Source of the DNA: Planctomycetota bacterium
GTDB taxonomy: Bacteria > Planctomycetota > SZUA-567 > H5-PLA8
Reading direction: 5' to 3'
Assembly (NCBI GenBank): GCA_038227875.1
Contig: JBBRPR010000004.1
Coordinates: 160,001 to 224,000 of the forward strand
Length of the DNA stretch: 64,000 bases
Under the pieces are notes generated by a model, which did no database searches, was not told where the DNA came from, and saw only the letters and a program-made list of their open reading frames with translations. Below are positions 50,092 to 59,171 of the stretch, piece by piece (the first letter of the stretch is position 1; the number at the start of each line of letters is the position of its first letter). The position numbers and the translations under genes are program-made.

Positions 50092-51045
50092 TTACCGCGC
50101 GCGCTGGCGTTTGTTGAGGTACGCCAACAGGGCAGTGCTGAGCGGTTCAGAAGTGGTCAGCGGGATGAAATCGATGTCGTTCTGGCGGCAGAAGCGACGG
50201 ATTTTTTCGGTGTGCTCGGCCAGCGCTTCCTTGTACGCGTCGGCGATGTAGCTGCTCTGCGTGACCAGCGTCGCCTGCGTTTCGGAATCGACGAATTCAA
50301 TGTTGTCGCGGTACGGAAAATCGCGCTCTTCCGGCGCCAGCAGCTGAAAGACGATCACTTCGTGCCGGCGGATGCGGAAGCCTTTCAAGCCGGCGATGAT
50401 CTTCTCGGGGTCGTCGAGCAGATCGCTGATCAGCACAATCAGGCCGCGTTGCGGAAAGCGCTCGGGCAATCCGGACAGGCCTTTCTCGGTATTCGTCCCG
50501 GCATCCGGCGTGGCGCGGCTGAGGGCCTGGTAGATCAGGTGCAGATGCAGATTGCTGGACTTCGCGGGGATCAGTTCCGTCAGCCCCTCGCGGAAGATCG
50601 CCAATCCCGCCGCGTCGCTCTGGTGAATCATCAGGTACGCCAGCGCGGCCGCGAGATTGCGCGCGTAGAGCCACTTCTGAATGCCTTCGGACTTTCCGTT
50701 CGGCAGCGCGTCTTCTCCGCCAAAGCGCATCGACGCGGAAGCATCGAGCAGAATGTGGCAGCGCGTGTTGGTGTTCTCTTCGAACTGCTTGATGTAAATG
50801 CGGTCGGACCGCGCGACGACTTTCCAATCGATGAACTTGAAGCTGTCGCCCTTGGCGTACTTGCGGTAGGCGCTGAATTCCGACGAGAAGCCGTGGTACG
50901 GGCTGCGGTGCAGACCGATCAGGAATCCCTGCACGATAAAACGCGCGACGAGTTCAATGTTGGAAATCCGCGCGATGACTTTCGGGTCGAGAAAGCGCGA
51001 GTCGCCGTCGAGTTTGGAGTCCTGTTTTTCGGCGAAGAGAGCCAT
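50092..51045 (-). CDS. DUF58 (vWA-like) protein
   Basis: GLHRSP..GFS.EF..YR.Y..GD....IDWK, DASASM, ISD. Confidence 0.92.
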   Translation of the reverse strand: MALFAEKQDSKLDGDSRFLDPKVIARISNIELVARFIVQGFLIGLHRSPYHGFSSEFSAYRKYAKGDSFKFIDWKVVARSDRIYIKQFEENTNTRCHILLDASASMRFGGEDALPNGKSEGIQKWLYARNLAAALAYLMIHQSDAAGLAIFREGLTELIPAKSSNLHLHLIYQALSRATPDAGTNTEKGLSGLPERFPQRGLIVLISDLLDDPEKIIAGLKGFRIRRHEVIVFQLLAPEERDFPYRDNIEFVDSETQATLVTQSSYIADAYKEALAEHTEKIRRFCRQNDIDFIPLTTSEPLSTALLAYLNKRQRAR

Positions 51046-51119
51046 GCGCGCGTGTCCGGGGGCAATGGGGACTGAACTGTCCTTACTGTATGACGAAGTG
51101 AGTGTCGCGCCAGTGGCTC

Positions 51120-51296
51120 TTTGTAGTCCGGACGTCTCGCATGTCTAACCTCGCCACACGCGAATCGGTGATTTGTTCGATGGATCACGCTGCGGAGCAA
51201 CAACCGTTTGCTCTCGCGATAGAATCCACATCAATCGAAATGCCGATTCGCCTGCCTTGGGCAAGGTTAGACCGGGCGGGACGCCCGGACCACAAA
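51120..51296. repeat. Long imperfect hairpin bounded by two GTAG/GTGG REP-like arms (REPIN-like)
   Basis: 51120-51140 pairs with 51276-51296 (18/21), 51143-51151 with 51264-51272, and 51160-51168 with 51243-51251. Confidence 0.75.
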
Positions 51297-51418
51297 AGGC
51301 ACGGGCAGTCCCGCGCATTCAATGCGTTCAAAGTTACACAGGCCCGGCACTGGAATCGCTGCTTTCATCGGGTAATCTTTTTCCACTTCAAACCAGCGGC
51401 AGGACGTGGGGATTTTTC

Positions 51419-51856
51419 ATGGCGTACAAAGTGTTCATTTCACCAACCGGCACGGGCAATGTCGTATTCGAAGGCGACGTGGTCAACGGCTATACTTCGC
51501 CCGACGGCAAGAAGGTCGTGTTGAAATTTTATTCCAACGACCGCGGCTACACCTGCGGTGCGTACAACGTCGACGCGGCCGGCGCCAAGGCGCTGCGCGA
51601 CGAACTGGCGTCGCTGATCGAGAACAATTCGTCCAACACGCTGAAGTTCAAAGCCCTCTCCAGCCAGAAGCACTTCTCCCTGGCGCGCGAGATCGAAAAT
51701 GTTCCGATGATCCTCGGCGCGATCGGCACCGACGCCATGTTCGGAACCTCGTACCACCGCGGCGACGCCGAAGCGATGAAGAAGGTGCTGGCGGAATTCG
51801 ATACGGTGATCAAGACGATCGACGATGTGATGGCAGGAAAAGGGCCGGCGGCGTAG
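51419..51856 (+). CDS. Hypothetical protein
   Basis: Host-like codon usage from MAYKV onward. No recognised motif. Confidence 0.7.
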   Translation: MAYKVFISPTGTGNVVFEGDVVNGYTSPDGKKVVLKFYSNDRGYTCGAYNVDAAGAKALRDELASLIENNSSNTLKFKALSSQKHFSLAREIENVPMILGAIGTDAMFGTSYHRGDAEAMKKVLAEFDTVIKTIDDVMAGKGPAA

Positions 51857-51920
51857 TTGCGGCGTCGGGTGCCAGTGCGATCGCAGTGGCATTGAACTTC
51901 GCCAAGCGCGTCCGGCGAAG

Positions 51921-51976
51921 GCACTGGTAAGGTTGATTCTTCGCTACGCTCTGAATCGTCCGTACCAGTGGCACCA
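51921..51976 (-). repeat. Third copy of the 56-nt structured repeat
   Basis: Aligns without gaps to 30731-30786, keeping TGGTGCCAC and the GAGCGTAGCGAA loop. Confidence 0.8.
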
Positions 51977-52042
51977 TTCCAGGCATGAAGGTTTGGCAGC
52001 GAGCCTCGTCTTACCAGAAACACACAGTCAGGAATCCACTCC

Positions 52043-54106
52043 ATGAGCAACCGGAAGGGCGAAAGCCGGCAGTTGAAGCTGGAACGCGACAACGACGTAC
52101 GCGGAGTCACTGGGCGCGTGCACGCGACCGATTCCAATCTGGCGGACGCGATTACCGGGTTGCCCGGCATGCCAATCCAGGCGCTCTCCAGCGTACCGGA
52201 ATTGACCACCGTCGAGAGCGGCATGGTCGCGGCGCGCGAATGGCTGCTGGAACAACAGAAGCCCGACGGCCACTGGTGCGCGGAACTGGAAGCCGACACC
52301 ACGCTCGAAAGTTACTTCATCGTCTTCAAGGCGCTCTTCGGCCACCGCGACGATCCGAAGATTCCGAAACTCGCAAAAGTGATCCGCCAGGAGATGCTCC
52401 CTGAAGGCGGCTGGAACATTTTTCTGGGCGGCCCGCCGGAAATTTCGATCTCGTGCCTCAGCTACTTCGCGCTGAAGGTCGCCGGTGTTCCGGCCAGCGA
52501 TCCGGGCATGATCCGCTCCCGCGACGCAATCCTGAAGATGGGCGGCGTGGTCAAGGCCAACACCTACACCAAGTACTACCTCGCGTTCTTCGATCAGTAC
52601 GATTGGGAGCACGTCCCCGCGATTCCGCCGGAGATGATGCTGATCCCCAATGTCTCGCCGTTCCACATTTACGATATGTCGAGCTGGTCGCGCACGATCT
52701 TCGTGCCGCTGTCGATCATCTACGCGCTCAAGCCGGTCTGCAAACTGCCCAAGGAATGCGACATCGACGAACTGTTCGTCGGCGGGCGTGAGCACTCCGA
52801 CCTGGCGCTGCCGCGTGACAAGGCGATGGTGACGTGGAAAAACGTCTTCCTGCTCACGGACAAGGCGCTGAAGATCGCCGAGAAGTTCCCGATCGATTCG
52901 CTGCGCGACATGGGGATCAAGCGCGCTGAAAAATGGATGATCGAACGCTTCCCGCACTCCGGCGGACTCTCGGCGATTCTGCCGGCGATGATGAATTCGA
53001 TGATCGCGCTGAAGTGCTTGGGCTATCCGGAAGACCACCCGCTGGTCAAGGAAGGCATCGCGGAGCTCGATAAGCTGGAGATCCACGACCCCAGCGACGA
53101 CACCATCCGCGTGCAGCCGTGCGTCTCGCCGGTGTGGGATACGTGCATCAGCGTCTATGCGCTGGGGCAGACGGGCCTGGATCCCGATCACGCGGCGATG
53201 AAGCAGGGCGCGTCGTGGCTGCTCTCCAAGCAGACCAAGCTTCCCGGCGACTGGCAGGTGAACAATCCGTCGCCGCCTGGCGGCTGGTTTTTCGAATACC
53301 TCAACGAATTTTATCCCGATGTCGACGACACCTGCATGACGCTGATGGCTCTCGAGCACGCGCGCGCGCACGAAGGTCCGGACGTTCAGAAAGCGGCCGT
53401 GCAGCGCGGCATCAAGTGGATGCTCGGCATGCAGAACGACGACGGCGGCTGGGCGAGTTTCGACAAGGGCAACGACAAAGAGTGGATGACGAAGGTGCCC
53501 TTCGCCGACCACAACGCGATGATCGATCCCAGCACCGCGGACATCACCAGCCGGGTGCTGGAGAGCTTGAGCTACCAGGCGGATTTCCGCAACCTTTCGC
53601 ATCCGCTCGTGGCCAAGGCCATCGAGTTCATCAAGAAAGACCAGTGCGAAGACGGTTCGTGGTTCGGCCGCTGGGGCGTGAATTACATTTACGGCACGTG
53701 GCAGGTGCTGCGCGGTCTGCGCCTGATTGGCGAAGACATGAACAAGGGCTACCTGCGCCGCGGCGTCGAATGGTTCAAGACGCACCAGAATTCCGACGGC
53801 GGCTGGGGCGAAAGCATCGCCAGCTACGAAAATCCGTCGCTCAAAGGCAAGGGCGAGAGCACCGCCAGCCAGACCTCGTGGGCATTGATGGGTTTGATCT
53901 CCGCCAACCAGGGCAATTCGGCCTCCGTGCGGCGCGGCATCCATTATCTGCTCGACACACAGACGCCCGATGGCACGTGGAGCGAAGAGATCTGGACCGG
54001 GACGGGCTTCCCCAAGGTCTTCTATCTGAAGTACCATTATTACCGGCACTACTTCCCGATGATGGCGCTGGCGCAGTACAAGAAGTTCCGCGCCGGGGCG
54101 TTGTAG
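52043..54106 (+). CDS. shc: Squalene-hopene cyclase
   Basis: Catalytic YPDVDDT (DxDD), SPVWDT, QW repeats (QKPDGHW, QNDDGGW, QNSDGGW), TGTGFP. Confidence 0.96.
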   Translation: MSNRKGESRQLKLERDNDVRGVTGRVHATDSNLADAITGLPGMPIQALSSVPELTTVESGMVAAREWLLEQQKPDGHWCAELEADTTLESYFIVFKALFGHRDDPKIPKLAKVIRQEMLPEGGWNIFLGGPPEISISCLSYFALKVAGVPASDPGMIRSRDAILKMGGVVKANTYTKYYLAFFDQYDWEHVPAIPPEMMLIPNVSPFHIYDMSSWSRTIFVPLSIIYALKPVCKLPKECDIDELFVGGREHSDLALPRDKAMVTWKNVFLLTDKALKIAEKFPIDSLRDMGIKRAEKWMIERFPHSGGLSAILPAMMNSMIALKCLGYPEDHPLVKEGIAELDKLEIHDPSDDTIRVQPCVSPVWDTCISVYALGQTGLDPDHAAMKQGASWLLSKQTKLPGDWQVNNPSPPGGWFFEYLNEFYPDVDDTCMTLMALEHARAHEGPDVQKAAVQRGIKWMLGMQNDDGGWASFDKGNDKEWMTKVPFADHNAMIDPSTADITSRVLESLSYQADFRNLSHPLVAKAIEFIKKDQCEDGSWFGRWGVNYIYGTWQVLRGLRLIGEDMNKGYLRRGVEWFKTHQNSDGGWGESIASYENPSLKGKGESTASQTSWALMGLISANQGNSASVRRGIHYLLDTQTPDGTWSEEIWTGTGFPKVFYLKYHYYRHYFPMMALAQYKKFRAGAL

Positions 54107-54144
54107 CAGTCCGTTACAAAATCTATTCCTCCAAATATCTCCCT

Positions 54145-54170
54145 GAAACGCCTGGCCGTATAGGCGTTTC
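54145..54170 (+). terminator. Hairpin after shc
   Basis: gaaacgcct-N8-aggcgtttc. No clear T-tract. Confidence 0.4.
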
Positions 54171-54447
54171 GCGGCGCAGGCCAAGGGCTTCAACGGGCTG
54201 TAGCCACTTTTAATTACCCTCCAAAAATCGGTGTTTGATTGTCGGTGAGTTGGAGCCCAATCCGACTCATTTTGATGGACTATTTCGCTTATCCGTCTGA
54301 AAATCTTTTCGCTAAATATTTCTCGATTGGCCATTCCGTTTGCTGATAGCGAATCTCCGTGGAATGCGCATTACGTTTCGCCTTCGCACGTAACAATCTT
54401 TGAGCGTGCGTGAAGGCGGCGCACTACCAAATTAGGGAGAATCGCAC

Positions 54448-55974
54448 ATGACATCTGATTACGCCGATCCTCGCTGCTCCATGGGGATCGAAGGACTCGA
54501 CGAAATCCTGGGCGGCGGTCTGCCGCGGGACCGCTTTTACCTGGTCCATGGAAATCCGGGAGTGGGCAAGACGACGCTGGCGCTTCAATTCCTGCTGGAT
54601 GGAGTTCGAAGAGGCGAGAAGTGTCTTTACATCACCCTTTCAGAAACCAAAGAAGAACTTGAATCCATCGCCCGTTCTCACAAATGGTCGCTCGATGGCA
54701 TCACGCTTTTCGAGTTGTCGGCGATGGAATACCAATTGAGCAGCGAAAATCAGAACACCGTGTTTCATCCCTCCGAATTGGAATTGAACCAGACCACCGC
54801 CGTGCTGCTCAATGAAATCGATCGCCTGAAACCGGCGCGCGTGGTCTTCGATTCCCTCTCGGAAATGCGCCTGCTGGCCCAATCGCCGCTGCGTTACCGG
54901 CGCGAAATGCTGGCGCTGAAAACGTTTTTTATCGGCCGCAAGTGCACGGCGCTGCTGCTGGACGACAACACCGGTGAAAAAAACGAGCTGCAGGTGCAGA
55001 GCATCGCGCACGGCGTGATCCAGCTCACCAAGGAACTCTCAGACTACGGCACGGTGCGCCACCAGGTCGAAGTGCTGAAAATTCGCGGCGTGGCCTTCCG
55101 CAAAGGCACGCACGACTACACCATCCAGACCGGTGGCCTCGTGGTCTATCCCCGCCTGATTTCTGCTCAGCATCGCACCGAATTTCACAAGGAAGTCTTC
55201 CCCAGCGGGCTGCCCGAGTTCGACCAGCTGCTCGGCGGCGGGTTCGACCGCGGTACCAGCAATGTCATCATGGGACCGGCGGGCACGGGAAAATCGACGC
55301 TGGCGATGCAATTCATGGCCGAGGCCGCGCGGCGCCAGGAACGCTCGGCGGTGCTCTCGTTCGATGAAAATGTCGGCGTGGCCATCGCGCGCGCCACGTC
55401 GCTGAATATCGACTTCGGACAGGGGTTGAATTCCGGCGCCATTGTCGCGCAGCAGATCGACCCGGCCGAACTTTCGCCCGGCGAATTGGCCCAGCGCGTC
55501 AAAGACCTGGTCGAAAAGCAGAACATCCGCGTGCTGGTAATCGACAGTCTCAATGGCTACATGAACGCCATGCCCGGCGAACGCTACCTGACCCTGCAAC
55601 TCCACGAAATGCTGGCGTACCTCAGCAACAAAGGCGTGCTGGCGATCATGACTCTCGCGCAGCACGGACTGGTGGGCAGCATGCACAGCCCGCTGGACCT
55701 GACCTACCTCGCCGACACGATTGTGCTGATGCGATTTTTCGAACACCACGGCGGCATCAAGAAGGCGCTCTCCGTGATCAAGAAACGCAGTGGTCTGCAC
55801 GAAAGCACCATCCGCGAATTCTCCAGCGCCAGCGGGCGGCTGGTCGTCGGTCCGGCGTTGACTGAATTTCAGGGAGTCCTGACCGGAGTACCGAACTACA
55901 CAGCCTTCACAGCCGACCAAGCCAACACTGGGTACAGGAATTCAAAGGCGGAGATCAATGAAGCCATCCATTGA
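54448..55974 (+). CDS. KaiC-like double-domain ATPase
   Basis: Two RecA-like domains with Walker A GNPGVGKT and GPAGTGKS, VFDS/VIDS, K.R and KKR fingers. Confidence 0.9.
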   Translation: MTSDYADPRCSMGIEGLDEILGGGLPRDRFYLVHGNPGVGKTTLALQFLLDGVRRGEKCLYITLSETKEELESIARSHKWSLDGITLFELSAMEYQLSSENQNTVFHPSELELNQTTAVLLNEIDRLKPARVVFDSLSEMRLLAQSPLRYRREMLALKTFFIGRKCTALLLDDNTGEKNELQVQSIAHGVIQLTKELSDYGTVRHQVEVLKIRGVAFRKGTHDYTIQTGGLVVYPRLISAQHRTEFHKEVFPSGLPEFDQLLGGGFDRGTSNVIMGPAGTGKSTLAMQFMAEAARRQERSAVLSFDENVGVAIARATSLNIDFGQGLNSGAIVAQQIDPAELSPGELAQRVKDLVEKQNIRVLVIDSLNGYMNAMPGERYLTLQLHEMLAYLSNKGVLAIMTLAQHGLVGSMHSPLDLTYLADTIVLMRFFEHHGGIKKALSVIKKRSGLHESTIREFSSASGRLVVGPALTEFQGVLTGVPNYTAFTADQANTGYRNSKAEINEAIH

Positions 55975-57604
55975 TACAGAGGACCGCGTGCTGATTTTCG
56001 CGCCGGTCGGCAAGGACGCCGGTTCGATCGCCGCCGTGCTGGCCATAGAAAAGGTGAGCACCTGCATTTGCAGCTCGGCCGGCGAGGTCTGCCGCGAATG
56101 CGCCGCGGGCGCCAGCGTGCTGTTGATCACGGAGGAAGTGTTGTCCGGCCGGGACAGTGGAGAGATCACGCGGACGCTGGAATCGCAACCGCCCTGGTCG
56201 GATCTGCCGGTCATCGTGCTGACCAGCGGCGGAGAAGAGGCCCGGGCCGACCTGCGAACGCGGCGCTTGAAATCCATCGGCAACGTCTCGCTGCTGGAGC
56301 GGCCGCTGCGCGCAATCACGCTGGTCAGCGCCGTAAAGGTGGCGCGCCGCAACCGCTCCCGCCAATACCAGACCCGGGAACTGCTCGATGAACAGATGCG
56401 GGGGCGCGAGGAGGCCGAGCGGCTCAATCGCCTCAAGGACGATTTCCTGACGACGCTCTCCCACGAATTGCGCACGCCGCTCACGCCCTTGCTGGGCTGG
56501 ACGAAACTTCTCTTAAAGGGTTCACTAAGCACCGAGGAAAGCCACCACGCGCTGACCATCATTGAACGAAACGTGAAAGCGCAAGGCCAGCTCATCGACG
56601 ACCTGCTGGATATCTCCCGCGTGGTAACGGGAAAAATGCGGCTGAATGTCTGTTCGGTCAATCTCTGCAGAGTCGTGGAAGCGGCCGTCGACGTGGTCCG
56701 TCCGGCCATGGACGCCAAGCGCCTCAATCTGGAGCTGCGCCTGCCCACCGAACCGGTTTTTGTCTACGGCGATGGTGATCGATTGCAGCAGGTGTTCTGG
56801 AATCTGCTGACCAACGCTCTCAAATTCACGCCGGCTCACGGCACGATCACCGTCGAGATTGAATCGTCTGGAGAGGTCGCGGTCGCGCGGGTGAAGGATA
56901 CCGGCATCGGCATCGCGCGCGAATTTCTGCCGCGCCTGTTCGAACGCTTCAGCCAGGCCGACAGTGCCTTCACCCGCAGTTACAACGGCCTGGGGATTGG
57001 ACTGTCGCTGGTGCGCAGCCTGCTCGAACTTCATGGCGGCACAGTGGTCGGCGACAGTGCCGGACAGAATAAGGGCGCAACCTTCAGCGTCACCTTGCCG
57101 CTGCGGCAGAGCCCCCGCGCCTATACGCAGGCGGAGCCGCTTCACACGCATGACGTTGCGGATGAAACGCGGAAAGTGCCGGAGTTGCACGGCATCCGCG
57201 TATTGATTGTGGACGACGAAGCCGACTCACGTGAACTGCTGAAGGTGGCGTTATCGCAATCGGGCGCGGACGTCGTGGCCGCGGGATCCGTGCGCGAAGC
57301 GATGCAGAAGTTTCGCCACAAGCCGCCCCACATCCTGGTCTCGGACCTGGGCATGCCAGGCGAAGACGGCTTCGATTTGATTCGCCAGATTCGTGCGCTG
57401 GAAAAATCGGATCTCGCGCACACCTTGAACGCCGATCCGCGCGCTCCGGTCCCCGCCATTGCGCTCACCGCATACGCCCGCGACGAAGACCGGTCGCGCT
57501 GCCTGGCATCGGGATTTCACAAACACATTGCCAAGCCGATCGAGCCCGCTTCGCTGATCAGCGCTGTCGCGGAGCTGACGCAACCGTCCGGCGCGGCGAA
57601 TTGA
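55958..57604 (+). CDS. Hybrid histidine kinase (pseudo-receiver, HisKA, HATPase, receiver)
   Basis: LSHELRTPL, NLLTNALKF, DTGIG, GLGIGL, and C-terminal VDDE...SDLGMP...KP. No TM segment. Confidence 0.93.
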   Translation: MKPSIDTEDRVLIFAPVGKDAGSIAAVLAIEKVSTCICSSAGEVCRECAAGASVLLITEEVLSGRDSGEITRTLESQPPWSDLPVIVLTSGGEEARADLRTRRLKSIGNVSLLERPLRAITLVSAVKVARRNRSRQYQTRELLDEQMRGREEAERLNRLKDDFLTTLSHELRTPLTPLLGWTKLLLKGSLSTEESHHALTIIERNVKAQGQLIDDLLDISRVVTGKMRLNVCSVNLCRVVEAAVDVVRPAMDAKRLNLELRLPTEPVFVYGDGDRLQQVFWNLLTNALKFTPAHGTITVEIESSGEVAVARVKDTGIGIAREFLPRLFERFSQADSAFTRSYNGLGIGLSLVRSLLELHGGTVVGDSAGQNKGATFSVTLPLRQSPRAYTQAEPLHTHDVADETRKVPELHGIRVLIVDDEADSRELLKVALSQSGADVVAAGSVREAMQKFRHKPPHILVSDLGMPGEDGFDLIRQIRALEKSDLAHTLNADPRAPVPAIALTAYARDEDRSRCLASGFHKHIAKPIEPASLISAVAELTQPSGAAN

Positions 57605-57731
57605 CGCATTGCTCAACAAGTTCAGAGATTGGTACGTCGTCTGCGCTCCAAGGAGCTGAATGACCTTTCGGACGCCGGATTGATTGAGAATCATGCGGTC
57701 CGCGTCGAAAATCAGACGAAGGAGTGCGAGT

Positions 57732-58109
57732 ATGCCACAGCCCATGAGATTTCTGGTTATCGAAGACGATCATGACAGCCGGGAGATCATGGCGTTGATC
57801 CTGCGCGTGGAAGGCCATAACGTCCAAGTCGCCGAGGACCGCGACGCAGCGCTGGAACTGCTGGCGAAAGGCGACGTGGATGTGATCGTGATGGATTACA
57901 TGATGCCGGGAACCAGCGCGTTTGAATTCTGCAAAAAAATCCGGGAGCAGGCTCCCGCCACGCGCATTATTTTGACGACAGCCGGAAACATCGCCAAAAC
58001 GCGCGCCGATTTTCTCGGAATCGCAACCTTCGTCGCCAAGCCTTTTACGCCGACCCAGTTGATCGAAGCCACCATGGCCGTCGACGCACCGCAAACCCCG
58101 TCCGTATGA
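57732..58109 (+). CDS. Single-domain response regulator
   Basis: IEDD, MDYMMP, T, KPF. Confidence 0.88.
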   Translation: MPQPMRFLVIEDDHDSREIMALILRVEGHNVQVAEDRDAALELLAKGDVDVIVMDYMMPGTSAFEFCKKIREQAPATRIILTTAGNIAKTRADFLGIATFVAKPFTPTQLIEATMAVDAPQTPSV

Positions 58110-58155
58110 ACCGCGGTTTGGCCATGCGACGGCATCAGGTTTCAGGCCGACTATA

Positions 58156-58530
58156 TCAATATGGAGCCTGCGTTCTGCCCCCGCTTAAATTCTTGAGCTT
58201 GCGCGTGAGACTGTCCGGATCAAAAGGTTTTTCGATGTAGCCGTCGGCCGAAATGTTTCGCGCCAGCAGGGATGACTTGTTTGCGGCGGTGATCAAGATC
58301 AGCCGCGTCGCCGGCCAGTGGATGCGCACGAGCTCCGAGAATTCATCGGCCGGCATTCCCGGCATCGAATAGTCCATCAGAATGACATCAAACAGCGTCG
58401 TTTCGAGATGCGCGAGCGCCGCGTCACGGGAATTGACGAGCGTGACAAGATGACCCACCAGGGTCAGCGTAAGCTTAATCAATTCGCCGATGTCAGACTC
58501 GTCTTCAATGATCAGGATGCTCTGGGACAT
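58156..58530 (-). CDS. Single-domain response regulator
   Basis: IEDE, MDYSMP, T, KPF. Confidence 0.88.
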   Translation of the reverse strand: MSQSILIIEDESDIGELIKLTLTLVGHLVTLVNSRDAALAHLETTLFDVILMDYSMPGMPADEFSELVRIHWPATRLILITAANKSSLLARNISADGYIEKPFDPDSLTRKLKNLSGGRTQAPY

Positions 58531-58655
58531 TGCAGGGATGTTCCTCCAAAAAGAACCGAAAAGGAGCAATGCAACCAGCACGCCAGTCGGAGAATTTCTG
58601 TCCGTCTTCCTCCCGCGAGTGCCACTTCATTTAGGAAGCACCCGGAGGCGCCGCC

Positions 58656-59171
58656 ATGGAAACGCTCGCACGTTATTATTCCGAAACCGCGCAGAGCCTC
58701 GTGACGCCGCTGGTTGGCGACTCCTCGATCACATTAGTGGAAAACGGACCGCGCTTTTTCGGCGCGCTGCTGGCAGAGAGCTGTTATCAGAATTCGTGGA
58801 CACCGCACCTCTACCTGGAGGGCGTGATCTGGTTCCGCGCCAGTCGCCATGGGTTCGCCTACTCGCGGATTGGCACGGTGAGCCTGTCGATGGACGACAG
58901 CGTCTCCGTCATTCAACACGTCGCGACGGGAAAGCTGCTGCCCAACCTCAGCGCCATGCCGCACCGCACGATCTTCTTCACCACGTACGAACACCACCGC
59001 CTGGAGCGCGTATTGGACCTGAACCGCGGCAGCTTCTTCTTCTCAAGCATGCAGCGGCATTTTGGAAACCTGCCCGGCTTCGCCTGCCGCGACAATGCAC
59101 TCACCTCGCCGGCCGGCTACGCCGAAATTCCGCCGGAAGAAGATCGCGCGATGGCGCTGAAGGTCGCGTAA
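58656..59171 (+). CDS. Hypothetical protein
   Basis: GGAGG RBS, 171 aa. Its 3' end is duplicated at 60127-60171. Confidence 0.7.
   Translation: METLARYYSETAQSLVTPLVGDSSITLVENGPRFFGALLAESCYQNSWTPHLYLEGVIWFRASRHGFAYSRIGTVSLSMDDSVSVIQHVATGKLLPNLSAMPHRTIFFTTYEHHRLERVLDLNRGSFFFSSMQRHFGNLPGFACRDNALTSPAGYAEIPPEEDRAMALKVA

Noticed and set aside
52028..54334. 768-aa antisense ORF over shc (and similar long antisense ORFs over larA, the kinase and ilvD)
   Set aside because: Expected stop-poor antisense frames in high-GC coding DNA.
54330..54420. Riboswitch upstream of the KaiC-like gene
   Set aside because: Two imperfect hairpins are visible but I recognise no aptamer consensus.
54448..55974. True circadian clock kaiC
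   Set aside because: No kaiA or kaiB in the window, and the canonical ST phosphosite and EE motifs are altered.
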